DNA from: Raja brachyura
Taxonomy: Eukaryota
Direction of reading: 5' to 3'
Assembly: GCA_963514005.1 (NCBI GenBank)
Contig: OY740784.1
Location: 22,506,001-22,570,000 of the forward strand
Length of the DNA: 64,000 nt
Shown piece after piece: positions 24,710-36,300 of the stretch. A model generated the notes under the pieces. That model had not been told where the DNA came from, searched no databases, and was given only the letters and a program-made list of their open reading frames with translations. The translations under genes were made by a program, and so were the position numbers. Numbering within the stretch: position 1 is the stretch's first letter; each line of letters begins with the position of its first letter.

Positions 24710-25184
24710 AGATGATTTGGTCCTAATTTAGTGGATTTTTAATGTATCTTTACTAAGAAACAGACTCAATTGCAAGTACCAAATTCATAGACCCCAAGAA
24801 AGAGGGCAAAGTGTGAAAAAACACAAATTTTACATATTGAAATAAGGGTTAAAAAAATATAGTCCAAATGAGTTTTTCTCTTGGGAACATCATTTTTCCG
24901 ACAGAAGAGATACCAATGAACAAAATTACACCCAAGAAGTAGGATCATAGGGAGGGAGGGGGGTGGTGGGGGGGGGGGGGGGGGGGGCACGGTAGGCCCC
25001 TCTGCCCCACGGAGTATATTCATTTGACTTTGTTTCATCAGTTTCCAGTCTCGGTATCCATTTAAAGCTACAGTTATAATTATTAACATCTATTTTGTAG
25101 AAACATTGATACTACTTTCCTGACCCTACACTATTAAGAGCAATGCTTTGCATTTGATGTGGCACTTCAAGTGACATCAATTAA

Positions 25185-25403
25185 AGGGCCTGTCCCACTT
25201 GGCGATTTTTTTCGGCGACTGCTGGCATCATATCAGTGTCTCCAAAAGATTTTTAACATTTCAAAATGCAACGACGGCAAAAGAAATGTTGTGACACTTG
25301 AAAAAACACCGCGTCACACTGTGTTATGCCGCAAATTTTTCGGTGACCTGATAGGTCAGTTAATGTTGTCGGCAGAAAAAAATCACCAGGTGGGACAGAC
25401 CCT
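25185..25403. mobile_element. Complete Harbinger/PIF-like MITE
   Basis: TIRs AGGGCCTGTCCCAC / GTGGGACAGACCCT, flanked by TAA on both sides. Confidence 0.88.
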
Positions 25404-26002
25404 TAAGTGGCTCAGTGCAGATCTTCATTGTGCAGAGAAAGGTATTATCTCAAAGTCCTAATGGTTAGTACAGTGACATACTGCATTACAGTGGGGTGAA
25501 GAAAAGATTCAAAGTGCTGGAGTAACTCAGCGGGTCAGGCAGCGTCTCTAGACGACATGGATACTTCTTCAGACTCTGCGGTTGGGGTGGGGGGAGAAAG
25601 CGGGAACAGAGAAGAGGCAGGACAAAGCCGAGCGAGTGATGGGTGGATACAGGCGACGGGGATTTTTTGTTGTTGATAAGCTGATGGCTGCACATAGGCC
25701 AGATATGTAAAGACAAAAGGATGAAAGAGTTATGAATTGTGAACCCAGAGGAAAGAATATAGGTGGAAGGGGACAAATGGGTATGAGCCCAGGTGGGACA
25801 TAGGGAAGGGGGGGGGGGGGGGGGGGGGAGGATGGAAGGAAGGGTTATTTGTAGGTTAGATACCAAATATTGGAGATATCAATGCATCCCATCTGGACTC
25901 CTCTCTCCCTCTCCTTCCACCTATATTCCCCTGATTTCACAATTCACACTTTTTCCATCTTTATGTAACACCTTTTGTCTTTAGTCCAACCATCTGCCAG
26001 AG

Positions 26003-26300
26003 TCTCTTGCCCGGAGTAGGTGAATCGAGGACCAGAGGACATAGGTTTAAGGTGAAAGGGAAAAGATTTAATAAGAATCTGAGGGGTAACGTTTTCACAC
26101 AAAGGGTGGTGGATGTACGGAACAAGCTGCCAGAGGAGCTAGTTGAGGCAGGGACTATCCCAATATTTAAGAAGCAGTTAGACAGGTACAGGGATAGGAC
26201 AGGTTTGGAGGGATATTGACCAAATGCTGGCAGCTGGGATTAGTGTAGCTGGGACATGTTGGGCCGACGGGCCTGTTTCCACACTGTATCACTCTCTATG
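26003..26300 (+). mobile_element. CR1 LINE 3' fragment
   Basis: GESRTRGHRFKVKG...FTQRVV...FKKQLDRY. Confidence 0.88.
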
Positions 26301-26635
26301 ACCAAGTGTGCAAACAACAACCTTAAATACAGCTAACATTTGCTCCTAAAGTACCAGAATGAACCAGTCTAACCAGTCTACATATTTGGTTTAGTTGAAT
26401 ATAAACAGTCAATACATAATCTACCTAAAATAGCAATAATTATTTGAAATTCCTATCCCACGGTGATAAGGGACCCAGTGTCAGAGCGGAACCTTTCAAT
26501 CAGTTTGTAAATGAAGAAATGCTCGTAATTTGTTTATTTAGAAGCCAAACTTTTTATCTAGACCCATACTCAGTGACAATGCTACCAAAGTGCCTACAAA
26601 GAACATTACTTGGGTAATGTTTATCTCTGCGATCA

Positions 26636-27520
26636 ACTGGGCGGAACAGAAGCATAGTTAGAGCTACAGCCTTACAGTGCCAAAGACCCAGGTTCAATCC
26701 TGACTATGAGAGCTTGTCTGTACGGAATTTTTACGTTCTCGCCGTGACCTGCGTGGGTTTTCTCCTAGATGTCTGGTTTCCTCCCACACTTCAAAGATGT
26801 ACAAGTTTGTAGGTTCATTGGCATGGTAAAAAATTGTAACAATTGTCCCTAGTGTGTATAGGATACTGTTAAGGGCCTGTCCCACCAGCATGCAACTCTA
26901 TGCGATTAGCGCGACCTAACGTGGTCGCTTGAGCCGTCCGGCGTCGTGGGGCCGGTGCCACTTCGATCGCCGGAGCCGTGCGGAATTGTGCGGAGTTTGT
27001 CCCGACATCGCGCGGGGCTCCGAAAAACTGACTGTTCAAAAATTCCGCGCGGCAACGGCTTGTCGGCTCGCAGTCGCCTCGACGCATCACACACCGCCCC
27101 GACATCGTGCCTCTGTGAACCTATCTGTAGGTGCCTCCGTGACCCTCTATGTGTGTGGCTCCGTGGCCCTCTGTGTGTGTGTGTGTGCCTCTGTGCCCCT
27201 CTCTGTCCTGGCGAACTTACCTTAGACTTCGCTCCAAGTTCGCCTCACTTTGCGCCACGTTGCGCCACTCACCCGACCTCCGCGTGGCCCCTGCTGCCGG
27301 TTTGGTTGTGCTTGCCGCATGCAGGCGCATGCTGGTGGGAACGGCCCTGTACAGAGGATCACCCGACCTCCGCGCGGCCCCCGCTTCTAGTTTGATCGCG
27401 TTCATCGCATAGAGTTGCATGCTGGTGGGACAGGCCCTTTTGTTTGCGCGGATCGCTGGTCGGTGCAGACTCGGTGGACTGAAGGGCGTTTCTGCGCTGT
27501 ATCTCTCAAAACTAAACTAG
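26636..27520 (+). mobile_element. V-SINE split by a complete Harbinger-like MITE (26872-27438)
   Basis: B-box GTTCAATCC; 35-bp TIR AGGGCCTGTCCCACCAGCATGCAACTCTATGCGAT and its reverse complement; SINE resumes at GGATCGCTGGTCGGTG. Confidence 0.88.
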
Positions 27521-27584
27521 GCTGCCATTACAGTTCTGAAATGAATGGATGGATGGAAGTTCTGAATGGGAATATTCATTGGCA

Positions 27585-28270
27585 AATCAGAAAAAGTACT
27601 GGAGTAACTATGCAGGTCAGGCAGCATTTGTGGAGGAAATGGAAAGGCAAAGTTTTGTGTTGGGACCCTTCTTCAGACTGATTGTTGTCCGGATAGAAAA
27701 CTAGAAATCAGAAGTGGCGATGAGGCAAAGCTTGGCAAGTGATAGGTGGATAGACACAAAATGCTGGAGTAACTCAGCGTGACAGGCAGCATCTCTGGAT
27801 TGACGGAATGGGTGACATATCGGGTTGAGACTCTCCTTCATTGGGAGTCGGAGACTGAAGAAGGGTATTGAGTTGAAACGTCACCCATTCCTTCAATCCA
27901 GAGATGCTGTCTGGGCCCATGGGTGACTCCTGCATTTTGTGTCTATCTTCGGTGTAAACTACCATCTGCAGTTCCTTCCTACACAAGTGATAGGTGGATA
28001 CAGGTGAGGGGGGTTTTGATTGGCAGATGGGTGGAGTAAGTGACAGAGAAGAAAAGGAGACAAAGGGTGTCAGATAAGGAGACAAGCGAAATGTAAAGCT
28101 AGACTAAGGTATATAAGTGGAAGGTACAAGGAACGAGGAGGAAAGAGACTGGCGGAAATAAGTGGCAGGGCATCAGGGAATGGGCTGCAGGGGTTTTACT
28201 TAAAATTGGGAAAAAAATCAATGTTCATACAAAATAAAAGACAGTGCTGGAGTATCTCACAAAGGGGAGC
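27585..28270. mobile_element. Cluster of Penelope-type terminal modules, including a nested inverted pair
   Basis: GACCCTTCTTCAGAC, TGCTGGAGTAACTCAGC and CTGAAGAAGGG..GAAACGTCACCCATTCC motifs; CAAGTGATAGGTGGATA duplicated around the inner pair. Confidence 0.72.
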
Positions 28271-29679
28271 TTGAGTGTCAGATGATTGAACAAAGGCCAG
28301 AGATGAAAAGGCAAAAGGCTGTGCACAAGTGTTCAGTGAAACAGACACGTTGTCCACAAGAGGGTTTCACCGATGGAAAGGAGGCCACATCGGGGACACT
28401 GAAACATTAATTACAAGCTTTCGACTGCTGATCAACTCAAAAGCTTTTTTACCCCATCAAAGCATCTTTGCACTTATGTTTAAACATTAAACATTCCTAA
28501 ACGGGACATGCAGAATGAAGATGACTTGTTCACAAGGGAAGAGGTGTGATCAAGGCATTATGAGTGAAATGCTGAGACAGCAAGAAACAGCAGCAGGTTT
28601 GGGATTAAGTTGTGCACAAAGGGTCAGAGGCAGAATAACATGAATGGTCAGCATGTTCCATCTAAAATCTTCTCGAGTTAGAGAATAAGCAGTGTTGAGA
28701 GTAGCTTGCAAGACAACTGAAAACAGGATTGATCACCTATAGGGAGAGGCTGACAGCTAAATGTAGTTACGACAAACAGACCTGTGCAATAGTTTGCAAC
28801 ATTTTATGTCAAACCCTCAGTAATTTCATTTAATATTTTGTAATATAATTTTAGTGCTTGTCTTTATATGCTTTTATTTGTGGTATTTTATCAGCTTTTA
28901 TAATAAACTGTTTAAGAGTACTGAGTTCTGCGGCGCTGAGAGCCTTCTGATTTTCTTTTTCTGATGTTCTCCACCCAAACAGTTTCATAATTAACTCAGA
29001 AATAAAATGGCAAGAAAAGAAATTAACCACATGACTTAATAATCAAATTTTTGCCAACAATTCAGCTCCCCCACAGGCTGTTTCTTGGACTTCACCATAC
29101 TAATCAAGGCAGATCAGTGAACTGATAAAATCCTCAGGTATTTACTAACTGATCACACATGAAAATGACCTGCGTATATTACACGCTGTTGCTCAAGATA
29201 CAGGTGGGTTTTACACAACGACTCAGATTTTCTATACCTAAAATCTATTCTGAGTGGGTTGCAATTTAACATGCGTATGAAAGTACAATGGGTATTTTTA
29301 ATACTCTTAAGTGTTAATGATAAAGTATGCAAGTATTTACTCTGGACAGGATGCAAAGAAGGTTCGGCAGGATGTGGTCTGGGATGGGGCACTTCATTCT
29401 TGAGGAGAGGCTTTTCCTGAAGCGGAGGAGGTTAAAAAGGAATGTGATTGAAATATGTAAAATTATCAGGTGCATAGATAGGTCAACAGAAGGAAACTAT
29501 TTATTACATCAGTGGTAGATATAATTAAAGCACACAAACATAGAACACAGTGTAAAAGCGTGCAGACCCAGTCTGATGAGCCTGATGAAGGGTCTCGACC
29601 CAAAACGTCACCTATTCCTTTTCTCTAGAGATGCTGTCTGACCTGCTAAGTTATTCCAGCATTTTGTGCCTATCTTCAT

Positions 29680-30845
29680 TGCATTAAAGGTGTTATATTC
29701 GAATACACATGGTATACAGAACAAGGTGGATGATCTTATAGCGCGGTTAGAATTTGGTAGGTACGATGTTATGGGCATCACAGAGACATGGTTGAAAGAG
29801 GTTCAGAGCTGAGAGATGAATATTAAAGGTTACACTTCAATTACCATCTGAAGAAGGGTCTCGACCCGAAACGTCACCAATTCCTTGTCATCAGAGATGT
29901 TGCCTGTCCCGCTGAGTTACTGCAGCATTTTGTGTCTATCTTTGATTTAAACCAGGATCTGGTTCTTTCCTACACGTTGAAGGTTACACATACTTTCGAA
30001 AAGACAATGAGGAGTAGGGATGGTTCTGCTGGTAAGGAATTAAATTCAATCCTTAGGCAAGGGATGACATAGGACCAGAGGATGGACAATCCTTAGAGTT
30101 AAGAACCTGCAAGGGTAAAGAGACCCTGATGGGTGTTATGTACAGGCCTCCGAACAGGAGCCAGGATGTACAAATTAGGGTACAAAATACATCAGGAAAT
30201 ACAACCAGCTTGTTACAGTGGTCATTGGGGATTTCAATATGTAGGTAGAGTGGGAAAATCAAGTTAGTACTGGACCATAGAAAAGGAATTTGTTGAGAGC
30301 CTACGAGATGGGTTCTCAGAGCAGCTTGTTGTTGAGCCTATTAGGAAAAAGTCAATTCTGGATTTCCTGTTGTGGAATGAACCAGATTTGATGAGGGAGC
30401 TTAAGGTCAAGGAATCCCTGGGAGGTAGTGACCATAATTTGATAAAATTCTATCTGCAGCTTGAGAGAGAGAAGCTGAAATCTGATGTGTCTGTATTAAA
30501 GTTGAGTAAAGGCAACTTACAGAGGCATGAGGGAGGAGCTGGCTAATGTTTTTTGGAAAATTGCTTTTAAAACATGGGGGGATGAAAGGACGTATGTTTA
30601 GAAAGGAGGTGAGGAGGAATTTCTTTAGCCAGAAGGTGGCGAATCTATAGAATTTATTGCCATAGATGGCTGTCGAGGCCAAGTCTATGGGTATTTTTAA
30701 AGTGAACGGGTTCTTGATTATTAAGGGTGTTAAAGTTTTTGTGTAAAAGGCAGTAGAATGGGGTTGAGAGGGACGGATAGATCAGCCATGATTGAATGGC
30801 GGAGTAGACTCGATGGGTCGAATGGCCCAATTCTACTCCTATTAC
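29680..30845 (+). mobile_element. Degenerate CR1 ORF2 (APE endonuclease region) plus a CR1 3' fragment
   Basis: NKVDDL, GITETWL, GVMYRPPN, GDFN, ILDFLL, GGSDHN motifs readable across frameshifts. Confidence 0.8.
29848..29875 (+). ncRNA. Minimal hammerhead ribozyme core in a Penelope-type terminal module
   Basis: CUGAAGA-A-GGGU(CUCG)ACCC-GAAAC-GUC: both conserved boxes, hairpin helix II, palindromic ACGU in place of helix III, GUC cleavage triplet. Confidence 0.72.
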
Positions 30846-30854
30846 TGATGAGAA

Positions 30855-31500
30855 CATCTCAGATGTCCTAGGGTGGAGAGCCTAATTTTGGTACCAGATG
30901 TGGCAGAGACAGAGAAATTGAGAGTAGGGGTAGCACCTTTCCAAAAGTAGGGTAGGATGATGCATAGTCCACATAACTATGGGAGTCAGTGACTTTATAA
31001 TAGACATCAGTCAATAGTCTGTCTTCTGCGATAGAAACAGAGAGACTGAGAAGGGGAAGAAAGGTGTCAGAATAGTCCAAGTGAATTTGAGGGCAGGGTA
31101 GATGTTAGTGGCAAATCTAACTAAATCAACGAGTGCTGCTCGGGTGTAGGAGGCAGCCCCGATGCAGTCATCGGATGTAATGGAGAGAGAGTTGGAGATG
31201 GTGCCAGTATATGTTTGGAACAAGGACTCTGTGACGTAACCAACAAAAGGCAGGAATAGCTGGTGCCCATGCGCGTGTCCATGGCTACATCTTTAACTTC
31301 AAGAAAGTAAGTTAAGAAGGCAATTTGTATGTTTCCACTATTGACTGATGTCTATTATATAGTCACTGACTCCCATAGTTATGTGGACTATGCGTCCTCC
31401 TACCCTACTTTTGAAAAGGTGCTACCCCTACTCTCAATTTCTCTGTCTCTGCCGCATCTGGTACCAAAATTAGGCTCTCCACCCTAGGACATCTGAGGTT
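30855..31500 (-). mobile_element. Penelope-like RT fragment with a partial inverted duplication
   Basis: DDCIGAAS, PALKFTWT, YYKVTDSH; about 31340-31497 is the reverse complement of about 30858-31020. Confidence 0.82.
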
Positions 31501-32915
31501 CTCATTAAGTGCTTCTGAAGTGTTCAAATATTGGTTGGGAGTTGTGCTTTTTCCTTTCCAGTTTACATCTGAAATATTGGGTTAATTAGATTGGTTCCTC
31601 AGGAAGCTTGATGAACACACATTTGCTAAACATCTTGAGCAGGAGTAGGCTACTTTGCCCAACAAGCCAACTTCTTCACTAAATAAGATCATGGATGATC
31701 TGATTTCAACTTCAAATCTGCACTCCTAGCTATACCAGTAAACTGTCATCCTCTTGCTCATAATAATTTACTGTCAGCTTCATTGAAAATATTCAAAGAT
31801 CATTGCAAAAGAGAGTTCCAAAGACTCTTAACGGCAGAAAGAAATCCATCTTATGGTCCTGTGGCTAAGGGGATCAGAGGGTATGGAGAGAAGGCAGGTA
31901 CGGGATACTGAGTTGGATGATCAGCCATGATCATATTGAATGGCGGTGCAGGCTCGAAGGGCCGAATGGCCTACTCCTGCACCTAATTTCTATGTTTATC
32001 ACCTTTTATATTTGCACTGTGACTCCTAGACTCTCAATAACGATTTTCTTTGAGTTCGATGGCATGTCATTACTCCACTTGTTCAATGTTCGAGCCATTA
32101 GTTGGTACCTACAAACCTTGAAAATTCTCACTTTAAATTTCTTGAGGCACTGGGAATCAGGTGATCAAAAGCAAATATTTGTTGTGTAGCAAGTATGTTT
32201 TTCAAAGTTAGTGACAATTAGGAGAACCCAAAAATAGCTTACTCTACTAGTCCTTTGTTTTCTCACTGTCATATAGTTCAGCAGACTTTTTACTGAAAGG
32301 TCAACTGGAAATCACAATGGACTATAACTTTAAGACTTCCGCACATGATTTTGAAAACTCTTTAAGGCTAAACAAATGTTAGCAAATCCAGTTGATCTAA
32401 AAGCTACATGGACAATTAATAACTGATAAGCCAGATGGACTTGCATTTGCAGAACTCTTAACTGTTAAGTGACCATATGCACAGTAAGGGAACTTAGTAT
32501 AAATATATGTCCATTATTCAACTATCACTAATTGCTTGTGTCACCAATATTTACTCTGTCTCTGGTGATGCTGCTAGTACAAAGTTCATCAGCACTGCTC
32601 TTTTCTGCACTCATTCAGAACAGAAGGTGTGTTTACTCTACAGAAACAAACATCTGTTTCAATATGAATTAATCTGGAGCAGTGATAAAAGATTCATTTG
32701 GTTTAAGTCACTAGACTAAGAGGGACCCATTGGGTCCCATGTTCACACGAGAGGGCTGGTCTGCCAATGCAATATTCCACCTCCCCACCAATTCCAATAT
32801 TGGTGGCCAGTGGGGGAGGGGGGGGTGGCTTTCTGGAGCGCTAGTATGGGTGTTGTGGGCCGAAGGGACTGGTTTCATGAGGACATTGTGGACATTGTGA
32901 GCCAAATGGATTATT

Positions 32916-33022
32916 GGGCTGGCAGCTCAGTCACTCAGGCCTGGTGGGCTGGCAGCTCAGTTACTCAGGGCTTGTGGGCTGACAGATCAGTCACTCAGGG
33001 CTGGTGGGCTGGCAGATCACTC
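32916..33022. repeat. ~30-bp tandem repeat, about 3.5 copies
   Basis: GGGCTGGCAGCTCAGTCACTCAGGCCTGGT units. Confidence 0.9.
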
Positions 33023-33039
33023 GCACCTATTCCTTGAAA

Positions 33040-33389
33040 TTCCATTTCAAGCAAAGTGCAGGCCACCAAATTCAATTTCATAGCATTTCAAGTAGAGTGC
33101 AGACCACCAAATTCAGTTTCATAGCATTTCAAGCAGAGTGCAGGGCACCAGATTCAATTTCATAGCACTTGAAGCAGAGTACAGGCCACCAAATTCATTC
33201 ATAGCATTTCAAGCAGAGTGCAGGCCACCAAATTCAGTTTCATAGCATTTCAAGCAGAGTGCAGGCCACCAAATTCAGTTTCATAGCATTTCAAGCAGAG
33301 TACAGACCATTAAATTCATTCATAGCATTTCAAGCAGAGTGAAGGCCACCAAATTCAGTTTCATAGCATTTCAAGCAGAGTGCAGGCCA
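33040..33389. repeat. 41-bp minisatellite, left block (about 8 units)
   Basis: TCATAGCATTTCAAGCAGAGTGCAGGCCACCAAATTCAGTT units, with some 38-bp variants. Confidence 0.95.
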
Positions 33390-36300
33390 TTGCGCGTCAT
33401 TACGTCTGAAGCGCCAACGACTGACTGGCAGGCGTGTTGCGTCCTTCCAATGGTAGGTTTTAAAAACCCAGGTAAGTGTTTTCAAAAATTACTCTGTGGT
33501 CGTGTTGGCGGGTTCGTTATTTCTTGTTTTTCTAGCAAGTAGAACCCGACCATGTTGAAGGTGAGGAGAATGTCTGTGGGGAAGCGGGCTACAGAAGACC
33601 GTGGAGAGGCGGGTAGTGGGCGACTGTCCGAATCACCTTCCAGGCCGCTGGCGGTGGAACCAGCGGCAGCAAGGCCACTCACAAGTCTGCGAGGCCCGTA
33701 GACTCAGATGAGTCCGGGCCAGAGGGACCCCCTCCTTCATTGGGAAGCGTCTACGGGTGACTTTCCCAGATGGAGCACCTATTGGAGAGGTGGCTCCAGT
33801 CCGATATGCTCCAGAGAAGGTAGCAGTATCAGCCCAGGTCTCCACGGGAGCCCACGCCAGCAGCACCAATCACAGGGCTGCGAAGTGTCTCCCTCACTGG
33901 AGAGGGGAGTACACAGAGTCAGTATTATCCTGACTCAGAGCAGGGAGGCACATCAGAAGAACACTCCCAGGGGCATGGGGCCGAAGTGCCTCTTCTGGCA
34001 TCCACATTTGCCATCCCAACACCAACAGGAGCACCCCTGGACGAAGAGCTGGCCACCACGATAAATTACCTGGCATCTCATCAGCTCAAAGACCTGACTA
34101 TGGAGGAGACCTCCAGCAGATATCATACACCTGCCAACTGTGCCTCCCTCAATGTGCCGGCCGTCAACCACGCCATCTGGGGTCATATTGGAGCGGGTGT
34201 AAGAGCCCAGGAAGACAAGCTCCAACATTTTTTTAAATTATTGGCCTCAGGCATAACGGCCTTTGCAAGGTCCGTAGATGGGGGGCTGCTGACGGAGACA
34301 CAGCAGGACGCTGTGGGGCTTCTGTGTAACGCCCATTTCTAAATAAACTGTCAGCGTAAAAACGCAATACGGCCGGCACTCAATCCAAAATTTGCTGTGT
34401 TGTGAAAGGTCAGCAACATCCAGCCGGCACATTATCTATTTGGGTCTGTGAACTGGATGATGAGACCAAGACCATTCGCCTCATGAGCCGAGCCCAATCT
34501 GCACCCAGGGGCTCATCACACCAGGCACATCCCTATGCCTCCTTTAACACCAGGTGAAACCAGCCTAGGGGGGCCCGGGACAGGAGGAAGACTCGAGCTG
34601 GAAGCACCAAGGTCTCTTTTAGGGGTAGGCCCCATCCGGCCCACGGCTCGGATGCGCGGGGGGCACCCAACATCAGCCCTCCTTCCCAAGCCACGAGGAC
34701 AGAAGCCAGGACCACACCGCCAGTAACGTCTAAGGTAGGAGAACCTAGTTCCTTGTGGAACACCTTACACATCACTCACTCACAGGTTGGGGGGAGATTG
34801 CGACATTTCTTGAATGAATGGAATTGGATCACAGCAGACCCATTCATGCAGCGCAGCATACAAGGGTTCAAAATTGAGTTCCTTCTTGATTCATCAACAC
34901 CCATAAATTTACCAAACCGCACATATGTTGTTCTCATAACAGGAAAGATTCGAGGTACAAGCTGAAATTCGGGCTTTACATACAAAAAGGGTGATTCAGA
35001 GGTCGCATCAGGAATCACACCAATTTGTATCCAACATATTCACCAAGCGGAAAAGGGATGGAGGATGTTGTATCATCCTAGACTTGACGGAACTCAATAC
35101 CCATGTGCAGTATAAGCATTTAAAAATGGATAACTTTGGCACAGCCATCCAACTGGTTTCCAAAGGATGTTATATGGCATGAATTGATCTAAAATATGCA
35201 TACTACTTAGTATCCATACAAAGGGAGCACAGGAGATATTTGAAATTTAACTGGATGGGGCAACTCTGGCAATTCAAAGCATTGCCTAATGGGCTGACTT
35301 CAGCTCCCAGACTATTTGCAAAATTACTAAAACCAGTTCTGGGGCTACTACGAGCACATGGTTATGGCTTATTTGGATGACATTTTAATAATTGGGGACA
35401 CCAAGGAATCAGCTGAATCATCTGTTTCAGCTACCAAACTCATGTTTGAGAGATTGGGGTTTCTAATCCATCCAGTTAAGTCAAAATTATCTCCAACCAG
35501 GGTAATTGAATACCTGGGGTTCACAATTAACTCAATTCTAATGTCGGTGACGCTGCCAAGTGGCAAGCAATCAGAGTTAATGGAATCCTGCAATAAGCTA
35601 ATTGTTAAACAGCAGCCAACAATCAGACAAGCAGCAAGTGTAATTGGCAAGCTTGTGGCAGCTTTTCCAGCTGTATGCTTCGGACCTTTGCACTATCAAA
35701 ATTTACAATGTGCAAAGGAACACGCACTCAAATCCCACGCAAGCCAATTCGGAAGACTCATGCAATTGCCACCAGAGGCTATTGCTGAATTACACTGGTG
35801 GGCAACAAATATGCATCACAGCTCTAAGAAAATACTAATTGATACACCATCAGTAATCTTACAAACCGATGCAAGTGGCCTGGGTTGGGGAGCAACAGAT
35901 ACCATCTCCAGCTGTGTAGATGGAATGTGCAGGAGTCCTTAATTCTTCAGCAACATGGTATTAACTACTTAGAGTTGTTGGGAGCACTCTATGGACCAAA
36001 GGCTTATTGCAGCAATATGCACCATGTGCATGTTCAACTACAGATTGACAATACTATGGTGGTGGCATAGGTCAATCACATGGGTGGAATAAAGTCTGTA
36101 TCTTGTGACAAATTGGCAAATCTTCTTTGCCATTGATGTATTGCAAGGAACATTTGGGCACAGCAATTTGCCTACCAGGTAGATACAACATGGTGGCGGA
36201 CACTAGATCACGAAAATTCAATGATGACACAGAATGGATGTTGAATCATGACGTGTTTAATGATATTGCATGCCGGATGTTGACTTGTTTGCATCCAGAT

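Noticed and set aside
26869-27420. Overlapping ORFs of up to 149 aa
   Set aside because: GC-rich MITE interior with no transposase motifs.
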